Of a stretch of 63,985 nucleotides of DNA, positions 48,600-60,760 are shown in pieces. Made by a program: the position numbers and the translations under genes. Below the pieces are notes generated by a model that saw nothing but the letters and a program-made list of their open reading frames with translations, searched no databases and was not told the DNA's origin. Source of the DNA: Gnetum montanum. Its lineage: Eukaryota; Plantae; Gnetophyta. The number at the start of each line of letters is the position of its first letter. Position 1 is the stretch's first letter. Where the stretch lies: contig MNCI01000472.1 in NCBI GenBank assembly GCA_015680685.1, positions 677,863-741,847 of the forward strand, in the 5' to 3' direction.

Positions 48600-51500
48600 A
48601 TTAAAATTTTGCATTAACAAATTTAATGACTACAATACACAAAAGAGAGTCCCACAAGGGAAATTATGGCTAGTTTTTTAGCTCTTAGAGGATTCAAATA
48701 TAAATGGATATTCAAAGCTTAGAGATGTAATTTGTAGAAGAACTAAATTACTAAATTTGTATGAAAAAGTTATATTCAAGCTCCAAAATAGTAAATCAAA
48801 GAATAATTTTAAATTTTGGAGCAAAAATTAAAGTGAAACAAGGGTGTCCTTGATCTCCAACTCTCTTTGGTCTCTTCATTGACAAGTTGCAGGATTAGTT
48901 ATGCAATAGAACATAGACATGCTGTAAAAAGAGGTTCTCAAGAAGTGAACCTACTTCTTTATGCAGATGATGCTACTTTGATATCTGCATCTAAAAAAGG
49001 TATGTCTACTATGTTGCAAATTTTAGAAAAATTTTGCATTTCTTATGGATTGCACATCAATATAGATAAAACTATAAAAATGGTATAAAGCATGAGAAAC
49101 ACATGGTATAACTTTAAATTTGGTGATCAGAGTGTACAAATCATGGACTCTTTAAAATCCTTGGATCTTCAACATGTGAATAAGTATATATGGGATAAAT
49201 CCATTAAGAACAAAATAGCTAGAGGAAAAAAAGTTCTCTATGCAATTAAAAACAAATGTAAGGCTCTAAGAATTTGGGCTTAGAAGGTCAGAAAATAAAT
49301 TTTTAAAACAATCAGTTATCCTATTGTATTATAAAGATACAAAGTTTGGGGACCATATCTTACTGCCAAAAATTGGAAGGCTATTTAAAGAATACAAAAA
49401 ATATTGTTACTTGATGAATTAAAGATAAAGGTACAAAAACCTTGTTCCCTACTCCTATTAGGATATAATCTACTTCATCTACAAGCAAAAGCTATTTGTC
49501 AATTTATTGCATATACTAAAAAAATTGGCAAAAATAGAACAGATCAAATTTTCTAAAGTTATTCTTGAAGACACAAAGGAGAAAGGATGGTATTTCCAAG
49601 CACTACAATGGTTAAACACTTAAGATATCATACTGTAGGAGATACAAAGTAATTTAAAGGACATTTTTAAGTTAGTTATGCAATGGATGCTAACAAAGTT
49701 ATGGTCAAATATAGAAGACAAGAATAAGTTTCATTTGGAATGCATAAGTGATAACCAATTAAATTCAAAAGTTTGCTATCTATTAGTTGTACTCTCAATC
49801 AGATGTCACATATTTTTTTTTTTTGAGAAAGTATTCGGGATTCTATTACGGAAAGATCAAAAATATGTTACAGGAGATTACAACAGGGGGGTCACCAACG
49901 GTGGCCACACCGAGGGGGAAGGATCCCCCAAACGATCACGGCATCTCACCCAGGCTGGCCGGCTGGGGGGCAAGATCCACGAAAAGACATCAAAAAACAT
50001 CAATCCCAAAGGGAGATAGTGGGGGGGCGCCCCCGCAGCCGAAGGACAAAAACTCCTCACCCCCTTAGGGGTTCGTAGGAAGCTGCCTGCAAGCACAATC
50101 AAGGCGAATCAGCTCATGCAGAAGATTTAGAGTATTTTGGTGCTCCTCCGTGTCCATGAAACTGGCCGCCTGCTAGATACCTTGCATGGCCGCCTGCCTG
50201 TTATTTCTGTCTTCCTGGGAGGTGCCTGCGTCGGGGTGGCAGTGCGCCGAGGTTCGGCGGATGTATCTACGAAGTTCGCCCCATGAACTCTCGCAGTTGA
50301 TACCTAACGTGAGGTTTGGGCACCGACCCCCACGCAGCCATTGTCTAGCGTCATGCTCGTGGGCACGATCCAGCTACCGCTATCTTTGCTCTTCCTCCTC
50401 CATAAGTCGGGCCCACTCCTCCTGTTCCGCCTACTGTCTCTGTCTCCGGGACTCATCCTCCTGCACGAGCTCCTCCCGCACTTGGGCTCTGATTTCATCG
50501 ATGAGCCGAGCCCTGGCGGCGTCTGCCATGATGTCCTGCTATCTAGCCCGCTCCTGCTCCCTCGCCCGGAACTAGGCCTCTAACTCGTTGCGGGCCTGGG
50601 CGAGGGCCTCCGTCCACTTCGCCTCCCACTCCTTTCTTTCTGCCTCTCTGGCTTCATCCACCACCCGCCTTCGTTGCTCCTCACTCCAGGCTGAGGTTGT
50701 AGGGGGGCTGGAGGTTTTTGGGGGGGCGAGGGTCAACCTGTCTTGCCGAGCGGGGGGGCGCTGCTCCCTCGGGGTCCTGCGGCCCCGCGTGACGCCAACG
50801 TCCCAAGGGCTCGAGCTCTCCGCCCCCCCTGGGGGCCTGGGGGCGCCGCTCCCCCGAGGTCTTGGGGGGGCATCTCGACGAGACCCCCCGGGGGGGCAGA
50901 GGAGGAGGGTTGCTACCCCCCCTCCGCCCCCGACCACAGAGCCAGAATTACGCTCAAATGCCGACCCCGGTGCTTGAGGCGGAGGGCCTCCTTAAAATAG
51001 AGGGGGAGGTTGACCTGGCAGCCCGTCTTGAGGCAGCGCAGAAAGGTGAAGTGCAGGCCCTGCAGCTTGGACCCGTTGCCAGACTGGACAAAGTACCTGT
51101 CGACCAGGTCCACACCACGCGCCCAGAGGCAGGGGAGGGCAAATCTAGGCACCTGCTTGCTCTTTGTCCTGGGGATAGGTCCGTTAAAGAACAGCTCTGC
51201 GTCCTGGAGGCCGTGGGTTGAGGGTAAGATGGTCTCCCCAGCGATGGGGGCCCCCAGACAGTTGGCAATTGCTGCCTCCGTGACCCAAATCTCCCACCCT
51301 CTGAAGAAGGTACAGTCGTTGACCCAATTTGAGAAGAAAGCATCATCTGCCAACTCTGGGTCCCCCACCAGTCGCTGCAAAGGAACAGCCCATCCACATT
51401 GGACCACCAACCACCAAAGCTCCTCGAATTCCTGAAAGGCGATGCAATCTAGCTCGAATGTGGGCATGGTTCCCATGGTGCTTTCAATTTCTTTCCACGC

Positions 51501-53430
51501 GAGAGATGCCTGCCAAACCAGCTGCTGTGGAGGGGGGTGCCGCTGCTGCCGAAAAATGAAATTATTTCTAACTTTCCACGCGATCCAAAGAAGTAGGGAA
51601 GCCCATGAATCGCTGGTCAAACGCCTCGGGGGGGCACTGCCGCCACGCGTCGCGCATGCGCGGGCAATCACGGGCGAAATGGATGGTAGTTTCTACCGCA
51701 CCCCCGCATGTCAAACACGTGTCCGCATCGAGCATCCCACGCCGCCTCAACAAAGTTCTGACAAGCAGCGCGTCATGCTGCAACAACCAAATGAAGAATT
51801 TAATTTTTTCCAGCAACCTTCCTCTCCAAATCTGCCGCCAAGTGTTGCAGCGCGGGTACTTTTCCACCATGATGGCTCTGGGCTCGAGGTTTGCCCAACC
51901 CGAGGCCTGCATGTCGCACGCGTGTCTGGCCATGGTCTGCCAAGACTTGGAGTCTCGTGCCGTCGCCTCCCAGCGGACATATTTATTGCGAATAATATTA
52001 ATCCATGGGACCGGGTCCCAATGCAGCCGCCAGAGCCGGAGAGCGAGCCGTTGCCGCCCAAGCATCAACTCATCCTTGAACGTCATGATGCCCAGGCCGC
52101 CCACGCCACGTGGGCGCGCCACTTGCTCCCAATGGACCAAGTGCAGCTTGCTCCCCCCTCTNNNNNNNNNNNNNNNNNNNNNNNNNNNNNNNNNNNNNNN
52201 NNNNNNNNNNNNNNNNNNNNNNNNNNNNNNNNNNNNNNNNNNNNNNNNNNNNNNNNNNNNNNNNNNNNNNNNCGCCCCTTGTGGCTCAGGAATCTGTTAG
52301 CCCAATGGCTCGCCCTTCACTCCATCTTTTCCAGTAGATGGCCCCATGCCGTAGTCCTTCCCCACCGGAAAAGGGGGATGCCCAGGTACATGTCGTTGGG
52401 GGTCCCTGGTTGAATGGCGAGGGTTTGCGTCACCCTTGCTTTGATCTACTCATCTACATTAACGAAGTAGGCCGCGGACTTGGCTCTGTTGACTTCCAAC
52501 CCCAGTTCGGCGGCCAACCGAGATAACGCCAAATTTATGCATCGGGCCTGTGGGACCGCCGCCCTGCTAAGCAACATCGTGTCATTCGCATAATGTTCCG
52601 CCCGGCACATCACCCCTGCGATGCTAAGCCCGTCCACCCCGGAGGTACTGCAGTAATGTTGCATTAGATCCATGGCAATAATGAAGAGGAGGGGGGAGAG
52701 TGGGTCCCCTTGCCTCAACCCCCTCCCGGGGGATGCGAGGCCCCACAACCACCCCCCCACATCAAAGGAGAACCCCGCCAAGGATTGTAGGTGAATGCAC
52801 AATCGGGTGAACTGCGGGTCGAAGCCTTTCTGCTGCATGATGGTCTGCAAAGCCTCCCAACTTAGGGTGTCGTACGCTTTCGTGATGTCCAGCTTGAGGC
52901 AGAGGCCAAGGAAGCCCGAGGTCCCAAGCAAGTGGATCACCTCCTGCATGAGGAGGATCTGGTCCTGGATGACCCATCCCTGCACAAAGCCTGCCTGGTT
53001 CTTTCCCACTAGCTTGGGCATGAGCGGCGAAAGCCTATGCACCAACAATTTGGAGAAGATTCGGAGTATCACGTTGCACACTCCGATAGGGCGAAACTGC
53101 TCAAGGAGATGTCACATATTCATTAACAAGCTTCATTTGAGTTCGCATCATTTTAGGATAGAAAGCAGAAGATGGATGCAACTTTTTAGAGAAGAACGCA
53201 CACATAGACTATGTGGGTCAAGAGATCTTGAGAACGAGCCTCACATTTTTTTTAGTTTCCCTCAGACTAAACATTTGAGACAAAAATATAATATTGCAAC
53301 AAAAGGTTTATATGATCTTTTCTTGTTGCATCTAACATTAGTCAATCACTTTGATGACTCAATATTTAACTTTCATGAATTAAATGTAATGCATGTCTAA
53401 TAGATCATTTCGGTCTTTAGATGTAATAAA
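48600..53430 (+). mobile_element. Degraded non-L1 LINE (RTEX/L2-like), split by a J-domain LINE
   Basis: QGCP*SPTLFGLFID, LLLYADD at 48840-48970. After the insertion: LSSHHFRIESRRW..REER..RLCG..ENEPH (53130-53290). Confidence 0.75.
49815..53106 (-). mobile_element. 5'-truncated young J-domain LINE with 14-bp TSD
   Basis: RT 52446-53081, zf-RVT, ORF 50913-51671 (WIAWKVRN continuing into the accessory domain), coiled coil, J-domain CHPD at 50230-50238. agatgtcacatatt at 49801-49814 and 53107-53120. Confidence 0.93.
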
Positions 53431-54061
53431 AACTCCATTTCAATTTCAGTTTCAATTTCAATATTGAGTGAAAACCACAAAATTTATTTTCCATTTCAAA
53501 GCAACTCGAAACAAAATTTAAAAGCCATGAAGAGAAAATAAACTTTGAAAATCACAAAAAGTATAAAAATGGCAGGAGGGGCTTGAGAAAATGGAAAAAA
53601 AATGATATGGCACAAAAGACCAGCAATTTAAAACAGCACAATGATCTTTCAGGTGCAAAATGCCCAGAGCAAACAGTAAAACACATAGTTCATCAACTTG
53701 AATCAAGTCAAACAAACTACAGCAAATCCTTCTTATTATTTGTTTCAAATGTGTGAATCTACATTATTGATTGTTTTACTACTACAAATGTTATGCTATC
53801 AATAAATCCAGCATTATAAAAATATTCATTTGAACAACCCTTTTTTATACTTTGATTTTACAATTTCCAAATTATAATATGGAGACCACTACACAAATAT
53901 TTGCAATGCTTCTTGTGGTAATGAATACTGTACATATCACAAAACAACATCAATGGTTACATCTATTTCAAAGGTGCTTGAGGAATGATCACATATTTAA
54001 ATATTTTTGAAGTGTCTACCAATTTGGTAAACAAGTGACTTGGTTTTCAATGTGTCAATGA

Positions 54062-54135
54062 AGCATTGCTCAGTTGATTACAACATGCAGCTTGTGGTTT
54101 GTAAGTCATAAGTTCAATTCTGACCAGCATGCTGA
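54062..54135 (+). pseudogene. Degenerate tRNA-like/SINE head
   Basis: A-box-like tgctcagttgatta, B-box-like agttcaattct, terminal agcat/atgct complementarity. Confidence 0.3.
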
Positions 54136-55439
54136 TCTAACACACCATTATGTTTAATGAAAGCATTGTAAAAGTTTCATGTTGACCATATATCCTTGAT
54201 TACATATAGTCATCTAGTTCCAGTTCTAACACAACTCCAACATTTTGATTAATTGTTTAATCAAATTGTTGAATATTACACCCTTTACAGCTCATGCAAT
54301 GCAGTGAATTACAACCCTCGAAGTTTGCCTTTAGGAAGATTAAAAGGTAAGGCTGCTTGACATTTTCCTACAGAGAATATCAAGAAAGTTAATAGCTGGA
54401 ATTCTCTTAAATACATAGTTCACATACTCTTTATGTTTCTGGAAAATGATATTTACAATTCCAAAATCATCGCATTGGCTCCAGAAAAGCTATATTCTTT
54501 AAATGAACAAAAAAATTAGTTTAAAAAAAAAAGCACGAAGTGACATCAGATTGCAATGTTGAGATTTTTATCTCGCTCACTCCATCCTTCCCTTCCTTTC
54601 CAAGGGTATGTCAAGTCAATCAAGATCAAATATATACTGATCTTCTAGAATCTGAGCTACTTTTCTTTTTATTTTTTTAATTTCTTTTTTATTTTAAAAA
54701 CTCCATCCAAGATTACAAGGTCTATGACCTAGCTAAATAGGATCAAGAGGTGCATGAAATTCAGAACTGACCTAAAACTGCCCTGAATAGGTTTAATTCT
54801 TCATCGCTGAGCACGAATACGCTAAATTATCGATGTGTATGGTTACGTTCAGCCCCCTTTCAGCTCAAACCTGATTGTAACATATGTAAAGAAGTTCAGA
54901 TTACTATCATTAATTTCCGGTATTGTTTGAAAGTTTTATTGAGAATAATGTATACATGCTATTCTTTGTAGCTCAAATGCAGCCATTCGATGTTTCTACG
55001 AAGAAGCTATGCTATTTAGTTAAAAGAACCACCATTTCTAGTTCATAACAGCCAATAACAAATTACTTCCATTCGCAATTGTCCTATGCATGTATGCAGC
55101 AATCATTTTCCGCTCTAATCCATCACCAAAACATATGAACCCTCAACTTTACTAGAAAGCAACCAAGCCATGCAGTTTGCACACAAATAGCCGCAGAAGT
55201 AGCTCAACTACATTTTTGCCAGGGAAAATGTAAGACGAGAAAGAGGCCTAGAGCGTCAACGCTAGGTGATCTCATACGTTCCATTAGACGCATCCAAAAA
55301 GACAGAATTCGAATTTGCAGGAACCATGCGAACAAGTAACTTTGGGGTTTACGGACAATGTTGAAATATTATACTAGGCAAAGCAACAACTGTGTTAACT
55401 ATGATGCTAAAGCTCCAACGATGACAATGTTGAATCAGA

Positions 55440-55810
55440 AATTACCGTGAGATGCAGAAATCGTGATGAAATGAAACCGGTATGATAACGTAGACGTGGT
55501 AGTGGCTTATGAAATCACGCTCTGGAATTGTGAGAGAAAACCAGACCGAAAACAGGATGTGCTTTTGTACTGACTACTGAGAGGGTCAAAAAATGACTTC
55601 TTGCATGGATGTACCGGCACAACGAGTGCTGGGAATTTTAGCGGGAACTTTCAAAACCGTATCTGTTTCCAATTTTCAGGTAAATGACATTTTTGTTTAT
55701 CGAGAACACTGGATTACGTCATCAGTGCTCCTCAAGTAAAACCCAATACCTCTACGTGGAGGCTCTGAGCGCACCAATTTAGTTACACCCAGCGCTCAAG
55801 CAAATGACGT
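55440..55810 (-). promoter_or_regulatory. Probable promoter/5'UTR exon of the ZGRF1-like gene
   Basis: CpG-retaining non-repeat island. Minus-strand donor cacg|gtaatt at ~55445, E2F-like TTCCCGC at 55641-55647, ACGTCA and ACGTGG motifs. Confidence 0.45.
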
Positions 55811-58336
55811 TTTAATATGGAATCTCAAAAGCGTTTATGAATAAAAAAAATATTAAAATTAGACCAGGTTCCTTAGCAAAATGAGCAAGAGGCCAAAACC
55901 AGATCAAAAGGCCATTCATATGGAGGCGAGGTGGATTAGATAGAATCAAAAGGCCATCGAGATGGAAGACTATTCAAGACAAGGGTGTCAATTAAAAATA
56001 AGTAAATAATAATATTTTAAAAAATTCCAAGTACATCAAATCATAGAAGAAGAGAGGGTTTAAAAAAAAGCCCAACAGTTTTGGATATGCTTTTTCAAGT
56101 TTTCATCCTTACAACCAATCTTTAAAAACTGCCCCTCTAGAGAAAAATGTGGCCTTACCCTTATTCAAAAGCACCCGAGTTATCATATCTTACTTAATAG
56201 TTTTCTATAAAAAGAAGGAGAAACTCTCTCTAAAGTCAAAAAAATACATCAATCAAAAATAATGAAAAACTAACAACAAAAGCTAAAAGCTTTTCATCTT
56301 TGAACCTCCAAAACAAAAAGAAATTAATACTATAAAAAATAAATTAATTGTTGAACATATTAGGCAATAATGCTGCTATCATTAATGTGGCAAGCACAAT
56401 TTAATTTTCAATGAGGGCAAACAAATAGAAGAACCAAAGGGCTAGTCAATGATGAGGGCGTCATCATTAAGACTATCCAATAAAGAGCTATCAGGTTGAG
56501 CATGTTACCTATAATGTTTGCAAGCTAGGGCCTCATCAAGTCAAAGGAGTACACTAATTTGATCAGCAACAATGGTAAGGCATAGGAGGAGGTTTATGGA
56601 GTAAGGGGGATGGTATGAATCAAAAGTGTTATGGTGACACCCATAAGAGCACTGCACAAGACCATCCTTAAGCCTTGAAATCACTAAGGAATGGAGTGTA
56701 GACTCAAGATTGATTATGCCTTAATAATCACTGATCCTACAAGCACAAACAAAAGACACGACACCTGTTAGAGCATGGTTAGGAGCATAGCATGTACACC
56801 TAAGGTAACACATAAACAAGGAACTATGAAATACACATGTAATACACATGAGCACAAACATCCATGCATATGAAACCACAACCTTAGATAGCTAGGGTGC
56901 ATCTCTATACTACATGCATCTAGTCATAAGCTCCTTCTCCAAAAAGCAAGGGAGGTGCCCCCAATCCATGTGGTTATAAAGAGAAAAAAATGATGGTTAA
57001 GATAGCATGGAACTTGTAAGGATCTCCATGCTCCTCTAAAGGAAAATGACCTTGAAACCATCAATAGGGCATGTTTTCTTACACTATACCCTATTTGAAA
57101 GAAGCAATATCCTTGGAGCTTATGTTGTTGTTCATATACTTCCCAGTCATGGAAAGTAAGATGGATATCAAAGGACACGAACAAAGGCTTAGAGGCATTT
57201 GCACAACCCATGTTAAGAAATAAAAACTTTGTTATTTTTCATGCAAACTATGTTTAATTTTGTGACAAAACAATCACAGTGTCCAAGGAAATTAGGAACT
57301 ATGCATGTTGACTTAGACCAGTAAAGAAGTAGTAATAGTTTGGTCATGCTATGGAACTTAGTTCTTCCTATGTGTTAAGTAATATAAGTACCCTCGAAGT
57401 ATAAAACTTAGGATAAGATCTATATACTAACAATCAACTAATCTTAGAAATGTATATGCATGTATGCTTAAGTATGGAGATAAGAATTATATATGTAGTT
57501 TTGAGAAAACTATCATGTTGGTTAGAGAAATAGACATGATGAATAGTCAACGATAATTAATAAAAGTTAAGAAAAATAATTTAATCAATAAACCAATTGT
57601 TTAAAATATAAAATATAACATATCATTGTAATGATGTAAATTAAAGTTCATAATGTTAATGGATATAGACTTTATTTTGAATGTTGAGTTTGCTAAAACA
57701 CATCAAATGTTTAACATTGCTCTTCAAGCTTAATATTTGAAATTACAATGTGCTTAACTATCTAATCACCATTTCACGACTCTTAAATATAAGTGAAAAA
57801 TAATCAAGTTATCACTTTTCAACATTGTCCACCATATAACATAGATTAAGGATTTACTTCACCATCAATGATTGTAGAGTAAAAGCTCTATTAAAATTCC
57901 ATAAAAATGATAATTTCAATGAGCATTGCTAGATTAAATGGAACATCATCATTTATTAGTAAACCAATAATTACTAAAAGTTAAATGACAATGAACATAT
58001 TCCTTTTTAAAAATTTACATTATAAATTATTTTGACCTTTAAGTTCTTTTAAAATGCAAGAAGGAACAACTAGAGATATTAGGAGTGTAATCTCTTTCAA
58101 GCCATATTATAATACAAATAAAATATGATGGTTATGGAAAGTAAATAAATTTATAAATTTGCCATCAAATATAAAGGTATGATACCTTATAATTACAAGC
58201 AAGAAATGTTTCAAATCAATAACATTAAACAGTAAATGAGTTCATACTGGCATTCAACAAGTTATTAAAAATATTGACAAATGATTCTCCTTTTGACTTG
58301 AAAGTTGTGTCTTTTACTATGAATTCTAAATGTTGT

Positions 58337-60333
58337 TGATGAGTGGCGAGGTACCCCTACACTCAACCATACGAATACGAGTGTTTCATGCGTGATCCGG
58401 TCGAACTCCAAGGACTAAATGCTTACGCGCCTTAATGGAACACTCAAGGTTAATCAATCATTGTCTTCCCAAACTTACTTGTATTGTCACAGTTGTATGG
58501 TTAAGTAAGCTCGAGGTATATGATTTTTTATAGCTTTTATCTTTTTAATGTCTTATGCTAATAGGGGAAGGTAAGGAGAACTAAGTGACTAACTTACATT
58601 AACTATCCACTAACTAAGTTCTAATTGTTCCTAACACCAGTATCTATTCCCACTTGACACACACATCCTAAACTAGTGCAACATTGCTGGGATTACCAAA
58701 CGCTAATCATTACTGGGTTACCAAGCGCTACACACATGCTCAAAGTGGTTGTACTAAGTGTACTTAACTAGGAGAGTCAAAGGTTTAGAGAGAGATTAAT
58801 TAACTAGGAAAGCATTTAAACATTTAGCAATAATTAATTACTATTTAGCTTAATCTGTATGCTGCAAGGTTTATCATAAAGTTCNGTCTAACTCACCTGA
58901 ACAAGGGAAGCCGCCTCTTATTTATAGAAGATGAGGCAAGATGCGATATTGCATGGCTGATGTGATATTGCGGCTCATCATACCCCCATGACTGAATGAA
59001 AACTCATCCTCAAGTTCCTTACAAAATATTGGGAAGGTATGGGATTATTGACTTGAATGACAGTAATGGTGAATGGGGTGACATGTAAACGGATCATCAT
59101 TACAATACATGGCAATATTAGTATTCATGACCACAAGAGTGAACAATATACACATTTTACATCCAGCCTTATTTGGTAGCTGAGAGAGAAGAGAGAGAAA
59201 AGAAGAAGATGTGTTGTTGCCAACGCCAAAATTGTGCCTTTCGTTGTCCATCCATAACCACGTCATCAATCTTGTTCCTTGCATGACTATTCTAGCACTA
59301 GTCCATCCTAAGTGTTTTCTCTAACTCCAGTCCATTGTTGTATGATTGCCATCTTCACACACAACACAGTTTCATATTAGCAAGGATAAATAAATCACAA
59401 TGTAGTTGATACCTTGCCTCGATGTACGGTCCATTGGCTGAGTTGTGATATGGCTAATACGGATTCTGGAGATATAACACTAGTGACTACCCAAGGTGTA
59501 GGGGTTAGGAGAAAATTGAAAAAATTGGACTAGGAGCCCCATGACTAAGAGCAATCCTCTAGTAGTGATAGAATGGAAAAAGATAAGGAATAAGAAAGAT
59601 GCAGAAAAAGAAACAATGGCAATGGCAATAAAATGGATGTCAGAGGGGGTAACGAACAAAAACAATGTTAATTGCGGAAATGTTTAAGGGAAAGAAGTTA
59701 ACTGATGCACCAAATATGAATGCTAGTGGGTCCTCCCCAAAGTAGGCTCATGCCCTTTATGCCCTGACAATCCCACATTCAAAGAGTCCGTAGGCTCTGG
59801 AAATGTCATTTGGAAGCAAGAGTTAAAGTCTTAACCACAAGAATTTACCAAAAAGACAACAATGCATCAACCAACATATAGACTACTGATACAACNTTAT
59901 GGTTAATGTGACTTAGTAGATCCTATTCCAAATTTAGCCTCAAATAATCCACATTAAGTGACTTTGCATTAATACATTTGGCCAATCCATCCACTTGAAG
60001 TAACAAGAATGCTTTCGCCAAAGAGTCACCACCATTCCGAGGAAATGAGAAAGGAAAAAGTAGGAAGCGAGAGAGGGCCTTAGTTAGAGGGAACACGTTT
60101 GTTTAGTTCCATAACTAGTGCTTGTAGCCTGGAGGATTATTTTGTCTAAGGGGGTGTGCTTTGAATTCTCACTTTTTTCACTCCTTTTTTTTTTGCGTGA
60201 GAATTACACCATGCAAAGACTTATTATTTTTATTAGCTCAACTTCCCGATAATGGAGCAATGTTGGAATGGTAAGGAAAACTCAAGAAGAAAACATCCAA
60301 GCACCCAAGAGAATGGCCAGCACAAATGCATCA
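58337..60333 (-). repeat. Putative 3' LTR of the Athila element
   Basis: Termini TGATG..CATCA, preceded on the minus strand by purine-rich aaggggatt; TATA-like ctataaata at 58919-58927. Confidence 0.5.
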
Positions 60334-60760
60334 AATCCCCTTGAAGTCACACCCTTTTCAGACCTTGAGTCCTTTCTCAGTTTGAGAACTGCCCAGTCAC
60401 CAATTCGTTAATAGTTTTATTATTAACAAAGGGACCATAAAATTCCAAGCCAAGAGAGACCATAGAAATTTATAAATGCATGGATGATGTGGACTCATTG
60501 TCTGCTATATCAAAAGAACCATACCTTAGTATCAACATTATAACTCCAAGGTAAAAACCAAACATTAGCAATCAATGGAATACATTTCATACCACTGTCA
60601 GGAGCACTTATTAGGTGACGAACCTAACAACACGAACAACACAAAGAAATGAAAAAGTATGAACGATGTTGCAAAATAAAAAACAAGAAAAGTTAAAGAA
60701 ATTTGTAAAACAAAAATGTGTGAAACAAAAACTTAAAAAAGAACTGAGGACCTCAATTGA

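Noticed and set aside
50913-51480. RNase H assignment for the ORF2 C-terminal domain
   Set aside because: No recognisable N.DG..GG / E..A / E.D catalytic pattern of plant L1 RNase H.
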